DNA from: Flavobacteriales bacterium
Lineage (GTDB): Bacteria > Bacteroidota > Bacteroidia > Flavobacteriales_F > PHOS-HE28
Assembly (NCBI GenBank): GCA_026129465.1
Contig: JAHCIA010000001.1
Span: 3,243,583 to 3,307,582, forward strand
DNA: 64,000 bases
Reading direction: 5' to 3'
Below, piece by piece: positions 53,188 to 64,000 of this stretch (positions within the stretch are counted from its first letter, which is position 1; every line of letters starts with the position of its first letter). The position numbers and the translations under genes are program-made. A model generated the notes under the pieces. The model did no database searches and was not told the origin of the DNA. It saw only the letters and a list, made by a program, of their open reading frames with translations.

Positions 53188-53985
53188 TCAAGCGCGGGCC
53201 AGCAGGAAGAGCATGGCCGCCGGTGCGGCGAGCAGCAGCCCATCGAAACGGTCCAGCATGCCACCGTGGCCAGGCAGGATCGTGCCCGAGTCCTTCACAC
53301 CCGCAGCGCGTTTCAACGCCGATTCCAGCAGGTCGCCCAGCAGGCTTGTGGCCGTGATGATCACCGCCAGCGCCATCCAGGCGGCAAGGCCCAGGCTGCC
53401 GGTCCAGGAACCCAGCCAAACGGCCACCAACAGCGCAGCGACCAGTCCGCCTACCGCCCCTTCCATGGTCTTGCCTGGGGAGACGGCGGGCATCAATTTG
53501 GTGCGCCCGATGCTCTTGCCCACGAGGTAGGCGCCGGTGTCGCCCGCCCAAAGCAGGAACATGAAGCCGGCGAATGTCTTGAAGCCCATGGCCGCCAGCA
53601 GGGGCAGCAGCGCGAATGGGATGGCGATGTAGAACACATGGGCCAGTATCGCACCGAGTCCGGCCACCGCGCTTTCACGTTGCGAAGTGAGGATCGCCAA
53701 TACGGCGATACACATCACGCCCATGGCGAGGAGCAGGGCATTGGCGAAGTTCCAGTCGGGGTGCACGGCCACCACGGATACGCACAGGTACACGATGCCG
53801 GACAGCCCCACCGTCAGCTCCATGCGTGGCCCGCCCGTGCGCCAATGCAGGTGATGGTATTCGGCGGCGGCGATGGCGCAGGCGGGAAGGAAAAGCAGGC
53901 AGGTGGTGACCGGACCAGCCCAGGCCGCGCCCAAAGTGAGCGCCACGTAGACCGCACCGGTGAGGGCGCGGATCGCTAGATTCAT
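53188..53985 (-). CDS. cdsA: Phosphatidate cytidylyltransferase (CDP-diglyceride synthase)
   Basis: 265 aa, multi-TM. C-terminal CdsA signature SxxKRxxGxKDxGxxxPGHGGxxDRxD. Confidence 0.85.
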   Translation of the reverse strand: MNLAIRALTGAVYVALTLGAAWAGPVTTCLLFLPACAIAAAEYHHLHWRTGGPRMELTVGLSGIVYLCVSVVAVHPDWNFANALLLAMGVMCIAVLAILTSQRESAVAGLGAILAHVFYIAIPFALLPLLAAMGFKTFAGFMFLLWAGDTGAYLVGKSIGRTKLMPAVSPGKTMEGAVGGLVAALLVAVWLGSWTGSLGLAAWMALAVIITATSLLGDLLESALKRAAGVKDSGTILPGHGGMLDRFDGLLLAAPAAMLFLLARA

Positions 53986-54191
53986 TCGACCTGCTGGTGT
54001 TTGCGCACAAGGTACAGGGCGCGCACCACATCCTCGGGCCGCACCAGTACCACGGCTTCACCCATGGGCGGATAGGGCGAGGCCACCTGGTCCAACACCA
54101 CCGCGGCGATGCCATGGGTTTCCAACAGGCCCTTCACCAATTGCGCCTCCTGCGGGCCACTGGCGCTGTAGATCGCTTTCCAGTCGCCCAT
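53982..54191 (-). CDS. DUF2007-like small protein (putative signal-transducing protein)
   Basis: 69 aa. Lies between ftsH and cdsA; its stop overlaps the cdsA start by 4 nt. The beta-alpha-beta composition is typical of DUF2007. Confidence 0.5.
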   Translation of the reverse strand: MGDWKAIYSASGPQEAQLVKGLLETHGIAAVVLDQVASPYPPMGEAVVLVRPEDVVRALYLVRKHQQVE

Positions 54192-54218
54192 GGCGGAAGT
54201 GCAGTCGTTGGGCGGTGA

Positions 54219-56216
54219 TCAGGCCGTGCCGGCAGCGCTGTCCTCGCGCTCCACGGGCCGCTCCTCCTGGGTGCCGCCACCATTGTTGGAGGACGCGGGC
54301 TCGGCCTTCACGAAGGGGCGCACGCCGAAGATCTTCTCCAGGTCCTCCTTGAAGATGACCTCCTTCTCCAGCAATTGCGTGGCCAGCGCGGTGAGCTTGT
54401 CCTTGTTGTCCGAGAGGATGCGTTTGGCACGCGTGTATTGCCCCTCGATGATCTTGCTCACCTCCTCGTCGATCACGCGCGCGGTCTCTTCGCTGTAAGG
54501 CTTGCCGAAGGCGTATTCGTTCTGCCCGGAGCTGTCGTAATAGCTCACATTGCCCAGGCGCTCGTTCAGGCCGAACATGGTCACCATGGCGTAGGCCTGC
54601 TTGGTCACCTTTTCCAGATCGCTGAGGGCGCCGGTGCTCACCTTGCCGTACATCACGTCCTCGGCGGCACGCCCACCCAGCGCGGCACAGATCTCATCGA
54701 GCATCTGTTCGGCGGTGGTCAGGTGGCGCTCATCGGGCAGGTACCAGGCGGCACCCAGCGAGCGGCCGCGCGGCACGATGGTGACCTTCACCAGCGGCGA
54801 GGCGTGCTCCACCAACCAGCTGATGGTGGCATGTCCGGCCTCATGGTAGGCGATGGCGCGCTTCTCCTCGTCGGTGATGATCTTGTTTTTCTTCTCCAGC
54901 CCACCGATCACGCGGTCCACGGCGTCAAGGAAATCCTGCCGGTCGATCGCGTTCTTCTTGCGGCGCGCGGCGATCAGTGCGGCCTCGTTGCAGATGTTGG
55001 CGATGTCGGCACCGCTGAAGCCCGGGGTCTGTTTGGCCAGGAATTCCACATCCACCGAGCGCGTGTCGAGTTTCAGCGGCTTCAGGTGCACCTTGAAAAT
55101 GGCCATGCGCTCGTTGAGGTCGGGCATGTCCACGTAGATCTGGCGGTCGAAGCGGCCCGGCCGCATCAGCGCGCGGTCCAGCACGTCGGCCCGGTTGGTG
55201 GCGCCCAGGATGATCACCCCGGTGTTGGTGCCGAAGCCGTCCATCTCGGTGAGCAACTGGTTGAGCGTGTTCTCGCGCTCATCGTTGGCGCCCATGCTCA
55301 CGCTGCGGCCACGTGCGCGTCCGATGGCGTCGATCTCGTCGATGAAGATGATGCTGGGGGCCTTCTCCTTGGCCTGCTTGAAGAGGTCGCGTACGCGGCT
55401 GGCGCCCACCCCCACGAACATCTCCACGAAGTCCGATCCGCTGAGGCTGAAGAAGGGCACGTTGGCCTCGCCGGCGATGGCTTTGGCCAGCAGCGTTTTG
55501 CCCGTGCCCGGCGGACCCACCAGCAGCGCGCCCTTGGGGATCTTTGCGCCGAGGTCCGTGTACTTCTTCGGTGTCTTCAGGAAGTCCACGATCTCCTGGA
55601 GCTCCTCCTTGGCCTCGGCCAGGCCGGCCACATCGTTGAAGGTGACGTTGGTACTCTTGCCGGCCTCGAAGACCTGTGCGCGGCTCTTCCCGATGTTGAA
55701 GATCTGCCCGCCGGGTCCGGCACCGCCACCGATGCGGCGCATGACGAAGATCCAGATGGCGATCATGATGCCGAAAAAGAGCACCCAATTGAGGATCTCG
55801 CGGCCCCAGTTGTCCTGTGTCTCGAAACGGTAGGCCACGTTGTGCGTCTCGGCGCCCTCCACCAGGCGGTCCTTCAGCATGTTGCCGGAGCCGATGTTGA
55901 ACACGTAGTGCGGCCCCTGCACATTGGGCCCCGAAATGGGCGAACCCTTGATCCGGTCCGCATGCTCACGCTTCTCCAGGCGATCGCGCTTGATGTGCAC
56001 CTTCACGATCTGGTCGTTCACCACCGTGATGCGGTCCACGTCGCCAGCCTCCAGCATCTTCTGGTACTCGGTGGGGTCGATCGGCACCATCCCGCCCGAG
56101 TAGTTGAACAGGTTGATCGACAGGATCACCAGGATGATGATCCCATAGATCCAATAGAAATTGAAGGAGCGTTTCGGGCGCTCCTTGTTCTCGTTCCTTT
56201 CCTCGTTGTGCTCCAC
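54219..56216 (-). CDS. ftsH: ATP-dependent zinc metalloprotease FtsH
   Basis: 665 aa with a GTG start. Two TM segments, an AAA+ Walker A (GPPGTGKT), an SRH region and the HEAGH zinc site. Confidence 0.9.
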   Translation of the reverse strand: MEHNEERNENKERPKRSFNFYWIYGIIILVILSINLFNYSGGMVPIDPTEYQKMLEAGDVDRITVVNDQIVKVHIKRDRLEKREHADRIKGSPISGPNVQGPHYVFNIGSGNMLKDRLVEGAETHNVAYRFETQDNWGREILNWVLFFGIMIAIWIFVMRRIGGGAGPGGQIFNIGKSRAQVFEAGKSTNVTFNDVAGLAEAKEELQEIVDFLKTPKKYTDLGAKIPKGALLVGPPGTGKTLLAKAIAGEANVPFFSLSGSDFVEMFVGVGASRVRDLFKQAKEKAPSIIFIDEIDAIGRARGRSVSMGANDERENTLNQLLTEMDGFGTNTGVIILGATNRADVLDRALMRPGRFDRQIYVDMPDLNERMAIFKVHLKPLKLDTRSVDVEFLAKQTPGFSGADIANICNEAALIAARRKKNAIDRQDFLDAVDRVIGGLEKKNKIITDEEKRAIAYHEAGHATISWLVEHASPLVKVTIVPRGRSLGAAWYLPDERHLTTAEQMLDEICAALGGRAAEDVMYGKVSTGALSDLEKVTKQAYAMVTMFGLNERLGNVSYYDSSGQNEYAFGKPYSEETARVIDEEVSKIIEGQYTRAKRILSDNKDKLTALATQLLEKEVIFKEDLEKIFGVRPFVKAEPASSNNGGGTQEERPVEREDSAAGTA

Positions 56217-56236
56217 CGCGTGTTCCTTATCGGCCC

Positions 56237-56611
56237 TCAGGCCACGTTCTCATAGACCCTCCGCGTGGCATCGCCCCACAGGTCCTCCAGGGCGTAATGC
56301 GCGCGCTTGTCCCGGTGGAAGATGTGCACCACCGTGTCCACCAGGTCGATCAGCACCCATTCGGCGTTGCGCTCGCCTTCCACATGCCTGGGCTTCTCGC
56401 CCGTGCGTTCGCGCAGGGTTTCCAACACCGAGCGCGTGATGGCCTCCACCTGGGTGGCCGATTCGCCATGACAGATGATGAACTGGTCGCATACGGTGTT
56501 CGGCACTTCGCGCAGGTCCAACACCACGATGTCCTTTCCCTTGACCTCCTGGATGCCTTCCACGATCGCATCCACCGTACGGGCGGACATGGCGCCCCGT
56601 GCCTTGCTCAT
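56237..56611 (-). CDS. rsfS: Ribosome silencing factor RsfS (Iojap family)
   Basis: C-terminal 117-124 aa of ORF 56237..57181. Possible starts are the ATG at 56611 or at 56590. Conserved VLDL...DYFVI-like core (IVVLDLREVPNTVCDQFIICHG). Confidence 0.8.
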   Translation of the reverse strand: MSKARGAMSARTVDAIVEGIQEVKGKDIVVLDLREVPNTVCDQFIICHGESATQVEAITRSVLETLRERTGEKPRHVEGERNAEWVLIDLVDTVVHIFHRDKRAHYALEDLWGDATRRVYENVA

Positions 56612-56678
56612 CAGGTCGTGCTTGTTCGGTTCAAAGGTAGCAAGATACCTTCCGGCCTTCCCCGGGACCATCCGCCCC

Positions 56679-57455
56679 ATGGACCGCCTGTCACAAGCCA
56701 TCGGTGTCACGCTCATCGAGTTGCCTTCGGTGGAAAGCACCAACAGGACGATCGCGGGCATGGCGGTCCGCTCCGAGCTGCCGCATGGGGCCGTGCTGCT
56801 GGCCCATGAGCAGACCGCCGGGCGCGGCCAGCGTGGCCGGCAGTGGATCTCCGCCGCGGGACTGGACCTGACCTTCAGCCTGCTGCTGCGGCCGCAGGAC
56901 ATGCGCGCCGATGAACAGTTCATCATCGCGCAAGTGGCGGCACTGGCCGTGCATGACACCCTGGTGGGGCATGTGCCCGGGGCGGTGCGGATCAAATGGC
57001 CCAACGATGTGCTGGTGGAGCGGCGGAAGGTGGCGGGCATCCTCATCGAGAATGAACTCATCGGCGATCGGGTGGGACAGTCCATCGTGGGTATCGGGCT
57101 GAATGTGAACAGCCGCGACCTGGACGCCGGCCTGCACGCCACAAGCATGTGCCTGGAAACCGGAGGGACCCTCGATCGCATGGCCGTGTTCGGGCAATTG
57201 ATGGAGCACCTGAGGCGGCGGTATGCCCAAGGAAAGGAGGCCCCGGCCCGGCTTCGGGCGGACTATGCCGAAAGGCTTTGGGCCAGGGGCCGCTGGGCGG
57301 ACATGCTGCTGGACGGGCAGCCCGCCAGCCTGCGCCCCATGGATGTGGACGGCCTGGGCAGGCTGCTGGTGGAGCATCCGGACGGGAGCGTCAGGGCCCA
57401 CGGTCTGGACCGCCTCCGCTTCGCGCCTTTTCAGGGGGGAATGGCCGTTCCCTGA
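56679..57455 (+). CDS. birA: Biotin--[acetyl-CoA-carboxylase] ligase (BirA, group I, no DNA-binding domain)
   Basis: Start at MDRLSQ within ORF 56475..57455. The biotin-binding motif is GRGQRGRQW. It is divergent from rsfS. Confidence 0.8.
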   Translation: MDRLSQAIGVTLIELPSVESTNRTIAGMAVRSELPHGAVLLAHEQTAGRGQRGRQWISAAGLDLTFSLLLRPQDMRADEQFIIAQVAALAVHDTLVGHVPGAVRIKWPNDVLVERRKVAGILIENELIGDRVGQSIVGIGLNVNSRDLDAGLHATSMCLETGGTLDRMAVFGQLMEHLRRRYAQGKEAPARLRADYAERLWARGRWADMLLDGQPASLRPMDVDGLGRLLVEHPDGSVRAHGLDRLRFAPFQGGMAVP

Positions 57456-57494
57456 AAAGGTCTACTTTTGCCGTCCTTTCCAAGTTCAGCGGCG

Positions 57495-57650
57495 ATGAAA
57501 CGCACCTACCAGCCCAGCAAGCGCAAGCGCGCGAACAAGCACGGTTTCCGCACGCGGATGAGCTCTGCCGCCGGCCGTGCCGTGCTGGCCAGCCGCCGCC
57601 GGCAGGGCCGCCACAAGCTCACGGTGAGCGACGAGGCCTCCCACAAGTAA
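57495..57650 (+). CDS. rpmH: 50S ribosomal protein L34
   Basis: 51 aa ([22 protein letters not shown]...). Confidence 0.9.
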   Translation: MKRTYQPSKRKRANKHGFRTRMSSAAGRAVLASRRRQGRHKLTVSDEASHK

Positions 57651-57784
57651 GCCTCCATGGGTGGTCCCTTGCCAGGGCCGCTCCCGGGCCGCGGTCTTGC
57701 GGTCTTGGTCCCGAACTTCCGTTATGCCCATTGGGCTTGCGGCAGTCCGTCATGGCTGATCCACGGTGATCTTCCGCATCGGCC

Positions 57785-59026
57785 ATGGTGAAGAGCCTGA
57801 TCCGCTATCTGCGCTACTTCGGCCATGCGGTCTTCGTGGGCAAGACCCGGCGGCTGGTGTGGCTGGATGTGAAGCGCTGGCTGCTCGGACCCAGGATGCG
57901 GTCCAACACCACCATCATCCCATGGTCCACCAGGACCTATGGCCGCGAGGAGCGGGCCGCTGCGCGTGAGGCCGCCGTTCGCTGGCTGTTGCGCGCCCAG
58001 GAGGCCACCGGCGACATGGGCTTCGCCACACACCGCCTGGTGGAGGGCTGGACCAGCACCTACGTGGAGACCACGGGCTACATCATCCCCACCTTGCTGG
58101 ACCATGCCCGCCGGACCGGTGATGACCATGTCCGGGCCCGCGCCTTGGCAGCTGCCGATCGCCTGGTGGCGCTGCAACTGCCCAGCGGAGGCTGGCAGGG
58201 CGGCTACGTGGCCGATGGAAAGCCGGAGGTGGTCTTCAACTCCGCCCAAGTGGTGCGCGGCCTGCTCGCTGCGCATGAAGCGACCGGAAGCGCTGTATAC
58301 CTGGATACGGCTCGGCGCGGCTGTGAGCGCTTGTGCGACCTGCAGGACCCTGATGGTGCCTGGCGGAAGCATGCCTTCATGGGCGTGGCCAGGGTGTACG
58401 ACAGCTATGTGGCGGCGCCCCTGCTGCTGGCCCACCGCGCCACGGGCGAAGCACGCTTCAAAGCGACCGCCGTACGCGACCTGGAGTGGATCCTGGCGCA
58501 TGGCCTCACCGCCAACGGGTGGTTCCGCGATTGTGACAATACGCTCAAGCACAACCAGCGGCCCATCCTGCACACCATCGCCTACACGCTGGACGGACTG
58601 ATCGACTGCGGAGAGCTGCTGGGCGAGGAGCGCTACATCGCCGCGGCCCGGAAGGGTGCCGACGACCTGTTCGGGACCTTCAACCGCCGCAAGACGCTAC
58701 ATGGCCGTTTCGACAAGGATTGGCGGGGATCGGAGCACATGATACCCACCGGTTGCGCGCAACTGGCCATTGTTTGGCTGAAGCTCCACCGCATCTCCGG
58801 TGACGTCCAATACCTCAATGCGGCGCTCAAGTTGAACGACCAGTTGATCGCCATCGTGGATCGAGGCGCGCAGGAGCACCCCGACACGCGCGGCGCCCTG
58901 CCGGGATCCTTCCCCATCTGGGGTCGATACGAGCCCTTCGCCTTCCCCAACTGGGCCACGAAGTATCTTGTGGATGCGCTCTCCTTGGAGCAAGAACGCC
59001 TCGACGCGATCATGGCCCAGCGATGA
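57785..59026 (+). CDS. Prenyltransferase/squalene-oxidase (QW-motif) repeat protein, alpha/alpha-toroid fold
   Basis: 413 aa. QW-type repeats are RLVALQLPSGGWQGG, RLCDLQDPDGAWR and ILAHGLTANGWF. Function unknown. Confidence 0.5.
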   Translation: MVKSLIRYLRYFGHAVFVGKTRRLVWLDVKRWLLGPRMRSNTTIIPWSTRTYGREERAAAREAAVRWLLRAQEATGDMGFATHRLVEGWTSTYVETTGYIIPTLLDHARRTGDDHVRARALAAADRLVALQLPSGGWQGGYVADGKPEVVFNSAQVVRGLLAAHEATGSAVYLDTARRGCERLCDLQDPDGAWRKHAFMGVARVYDSYVAAPLLLAHRATGEARFKATAVRDLEWILAHGLTANGWFRDCDNTLKHNQRPILHTIAYTLDGLIDCGELLGEERYIAAARKGADDLFGTFNRRKTLHGRFDKDWRGSEHMIPTGCAQLAIVWLKLHRISGDVQYLNAALKLNDQLIAIVDRGAQEHPDTRGALPGSFPIWGRYEPFAFPNWATKYLVDALSLEQERLDAIMAQR

Positions 59027-59820
59027 AAGCGGGTATCACCACCTACGACCTTGGCGACCGCTACTTCCTGGTGCAACTGGCCGCGCTGTTGCGTGCGGGC
59101 GTGACACCTGATGTGGTGATCCACCACGGCGGCGGTCCATGGTTCGGCACTTGGAAACGGCTGCGGGGCCTCTGGCGCACACTGGACACCCACCGTTCCG
59201 GTGCGTTGCGGCAGCTGCTGTCGAAAGCATCAGGCGCGGAGCGGCGCGCGGATGCCCTGGCCTCCATCGATAGGGAAGTGGCCGATGCGAAGCGCTTCCT
59301 CGGAGCTGCGCGGATCGTGACCACCGGGGACATCACATCGCGCTCCTGCCTGAACGCGTTGCGCGGAGCGGGGCCGCTGGCGCTGGTGTGCAACAGTGGA
59401 CTGGTGCGCGGGCCGGTGCTGGGAATGCGTGAGGTCGTCCTGCTCAATGTGCACGTGTCGAAGCTGCCGCGCTTCCGAGGCATGAACAATGTGGAGTGGG
59501 CGCTTTTCCACGGGGAGCCGCTCTGGGCCACCGTCCACCGGATCGATCGCGGCATCGACACCGGCGACATCCTCCTGCAGCGGCCGATCGACCCGCCGAC
59601 GGGCATCACCACCATCGCCGCCGCGCGCGACCACGCCTTTCTTCAAGGGCACCGGCTCGTGGGCGAAGCGGTGGTGGCGCTCTTGCGTGGCGATGCCAGT
59701 TGGCGGCCGCAACCCGGCCCCGTGTCGCCGCTTGACCAGTACTATGTGATGCACCCCTTGTTGCGCGCCGTGGTGGAGCAACGCCTTCTGGAAGGCAGTT
59801 TACCGCCGCGCGACGCCTGA
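59023..59820 (+). CDS. Formyltransferase-family protein (Fmt/PurN-like N-terminal domain)
   Basis: 265 aa. The catalytic region LLNVHVSKLPRFRGMNNVEWALFHGEPLWATVHRIDRGIDTGDIL matches the formyl-transferase N/H/D motif arrangement. The start overlaps the upstream stop (ATGA). Confidence 0.65.
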   Translation: MKAGITTYDLGDRYFLVQLAALLRAGVTPDVVIHHGGGPWFGTWKRLRGLWRTLDTHRSGALRQLLSKASGAERRADALASIDREVADAKRFLGAARIVTTGDITSRSCLNALRGAGPLALVCNSGLVRGPVLGMREVVLLNVHVSKLPRFRGMNNVEWALFHGEPLWATVHRIDRGIDTGDILLQRPIDPPTGITTIAAARDHAFLQGHRLVGEAVVALLRGDASWRPQPGPVSPLDQYYVMHPLLRAVVEQRLLEGSLPPRDA

Positions 59821-60642
59821 TCAGGATCGACCCGCACCGAGCAGCGTGGCGATGGCCATACCCAGTTCGCTGGTCAGCAGCACATGGCCCAGTGGAAGAT
59901 GCTGGATGCTGACGGTCTCCGGAGCGTGCTTCCGCAGCCTTTGGCCCAGCCTGCCGGGGATCACCCGGTCGAACTCCCCGAAGAAGAGGTGGACCGGTAT
60001 GCCGCGCCGTTCCGCGTTGGCGGCCACCGTGGCCAGGTCGGGCTCGATGCGACGGTAACTCAGCCACACATCGTGCACCAGCCGGCGCTTCTCGATGGTG
60101 TCCGTTTGCCCGATGAGGAAGCGGTGCATGCGCTCATTCATCAGGCGGATGGCCTTCAGCAGATGGATGACGGCGTGGATGCGCTGCGGATGGGTGATGA
60201 AACGCTTGTACAGCCATCTTCCGAAGCGCGAAGTGGCCAGCCCGCGGTACCAGGGGCGCGTCTTCAGCCCATCGGGCGCGGCCAGGAAGGCCCGTTCCAC
60301 CCGGAGGGGGACCTGTTCCAGCAGGTTGAGCACGGTGCGCCCGCCGAAGCTGTAGCCCAGCAGCAGCACCTTGTCCGCACCAAGGTGGTCCATGAACGCC
60401 GTGAAATAGTCGGCCAACTCCTGCGGCGTGTAGGGCCTTTCGGCCCGGATCGGTTCCGAAGGGCTGTTGCCATGGTAGTGCAGGTCGAAGGCGTAAATGG
60501 TGCACAGTCCGCCCAGCGGCCCTTCCAGGATGTGGAAGTCCTCGCCGGTGCGCCCGAAGCCGTGGAAGGCCAGCAGCGGCAGGGGGCCGTGTCCGTAGGT
60601 GCGGTAGGCGAGGGTGGGGCCGTGGGTGAAATAGGAGACCAT
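59821..60642 (-). CDS. Alpha/beta-fold hydrolase
   Basis: ORF 59821..60828 with the start moved to M63. HGFG oxyanion region, nucleophile elbow GYSFGG, and a C-terminal His. Confidence 0.7.
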   Translation of the reverse strand: MVSYFTHGPTLAYRTYGHGPLPLLAFHGFGRTGEDFHILEGPLGGLCTIYAFDLHYHGNSPSEPIRAERPYTPQELADYFTAFMDHLGADKVLLLGYSFGGRTVLNLLEQVPLRVERAFLAAPDGLKTRPWYRGLATSRFGRWLYKRFITHPQRIHAVIHLLKAIRLMNERMHRFLIGQTDTIEKRRLVHDVWLSYRRIEPDLATVAANAERRGIPVHLFFGEFDRVIPGRLGQRLRKHAPETVSIQHLPLGHVLLTSELGMAIATLLGAGRS

Positions 60643-60840
60643 GTTCCAGTATGAAGACCACAGAGCCACAGGGTCCTCAGGGCGATTCCTGCCCCGGCGG
60701 CAAAGAAACGAGTGCGCACCCCAGTAGCTTCTTCGTTCGCTGTGCATCTCCGCGTCCCCGTGCCGCTGTGGTCTTCTTCCGCAGTTCTCCACGATCCCCC
60801 CGCCTTTTCCACAACCAGGGCCCCGCACCCGCTGCGCGGG

Positions 60841-60848
60841 TACATTTG
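60841..60848 (+). promoter_or_regulatory. -7 element TAcaTTTG upstream of carB
   Basis: TACATTTG lies about 25 nt upstream of the carB ATG. Confidence 0.3.
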
Positions 60849-60872
60849 CGCTCCGGTATCCAACTACCGGAC

Positions 60873-63683
<2,811 letters not shown>

Positions 63684-63701
63684 CCCGGATAGCCAGACCG
63701 C

Positions 63702-64000
63702 ATGGAAGGGAATCAGAACGATGGAGCGCTTGCCAATCAGCGTTTCAATGTCTTCATCAAGACACAGATGCGGTCCTACAGCCTGTTGGATCTCTCAAGG
63801 AGCGACTTGGACGGGATTGTTGTAGCCTTTGATAGTGGAGAGGCAGACATCCTGTTGGACGGAAAGAAGTACTTCATTCAGAACATCTGGGAAATTCGCG
63901 TGTACACCCACGATCAGCGCGAGAAGTTTCCGGGTAATTCACTCCTCAAGTTCTGTGTGGAGAACAGGCTGGCGGGCTCCAACCTGTATGGGACAGAACC
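63702..64000 (+). CDS. Hypothetical protein (3'-partial at window edge), atypical lower-GC codon usage
   Basis: An ATG about 19 nt after the carB stop opens a frame that runs to the window end (MEGNQNDGALANQRFNVFIKTQMRSY...). It is not in the supplied ORF track, presumably because it lacks a stop. GC is about 50% against about 66% in the rest of the window. Confidence 0.3.
   Translation, partial: MEGNQNDGALANQRFNVFIKTQMRSYSLLDLSRSDLDGIVVAFDSGEADILLDGKKYFIQNIWEIRVYTHDQREKFPGNSLLKFCVENRLAGSNLYGTE

Noticed and set aside
56237-57181. 314-aa minus-strand ORF as a single protein.
   Set aside because: Only the C-terminal ~120 aa match RsfS. The upstream 190 codons are antisense to birA and are low-complexity.

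Overview
This 64-kb window has about 65-67% GC and is densely coding. I call about 55 protein genes, one tRNA-Glu(UUC), and a few terminator hairpins and promoter-like motifs. I found no rRNA, CRISPR array, transposase or integrase. The gene content points to a high-GC member of the Bacteroidota (FCB group): four proteins end in type-IX secretion (T9SS) C-terminal sorting domains, the proline--tRNA ligase is the archaeal/eukaryotic type, and TAnnTTTG motifs sit upstream of several genes.

Gene content in order along the window:
- mlaE/mlaF (ABC transporter), then three tandem paralogous T9SS cargo proteins on the minus strand.
- gcvP, then the kynurenine-pathway pair kynU and kmo with flanking secreted hypothetical proteins.
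- A 1080-aa outer-membrane protein (N-terminal domain, PD40/TolB-like beta-propeller, Omp85-like barrel) translationally coupled to a half-size TauE-like permease and an M20 amidohydrolase.
- recQ, a Nif3 plus zinc-ribbon pair, and a FadL-like porin.
- A very unusual Tyr/Gly/Trp/Met-rich, RGG-tailed lipoprotein.
- proS and tRNA-Glu.
- A roughly 20-kb Wzx/Wzy-type polysaccharide locus: wza, wzc, wzx, a Zn-ribbon GT61-like protein, a Wzy-like polymerase, two GT4 transferases, a T9SS-secreted beta-helix protein, an epimerase, a WecB/TagA/CpsF-family (GT26, WecG-like) transferase, a priming sugar transferase, wecB, and deacetylase-like and GNAT-like genes. The locus is interrupted by rpsT and radC.
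- upp, a HAD nucleotidase, psd-cdsA-ftsH-rsfS, birA and rpmH.
- A QW-repeat alpha/alpha-toroid protein coupled to a formyltransferase, then an alpha/beta hydrolase.
- carB, whose 3' end and downstream partial ORF fall in distinctly lower-GC DNA.

The high GC produces many long antisense shadow ORFs, which I reject. Coordinates of the small regulatory motifs are approximate (within about 3 nt).
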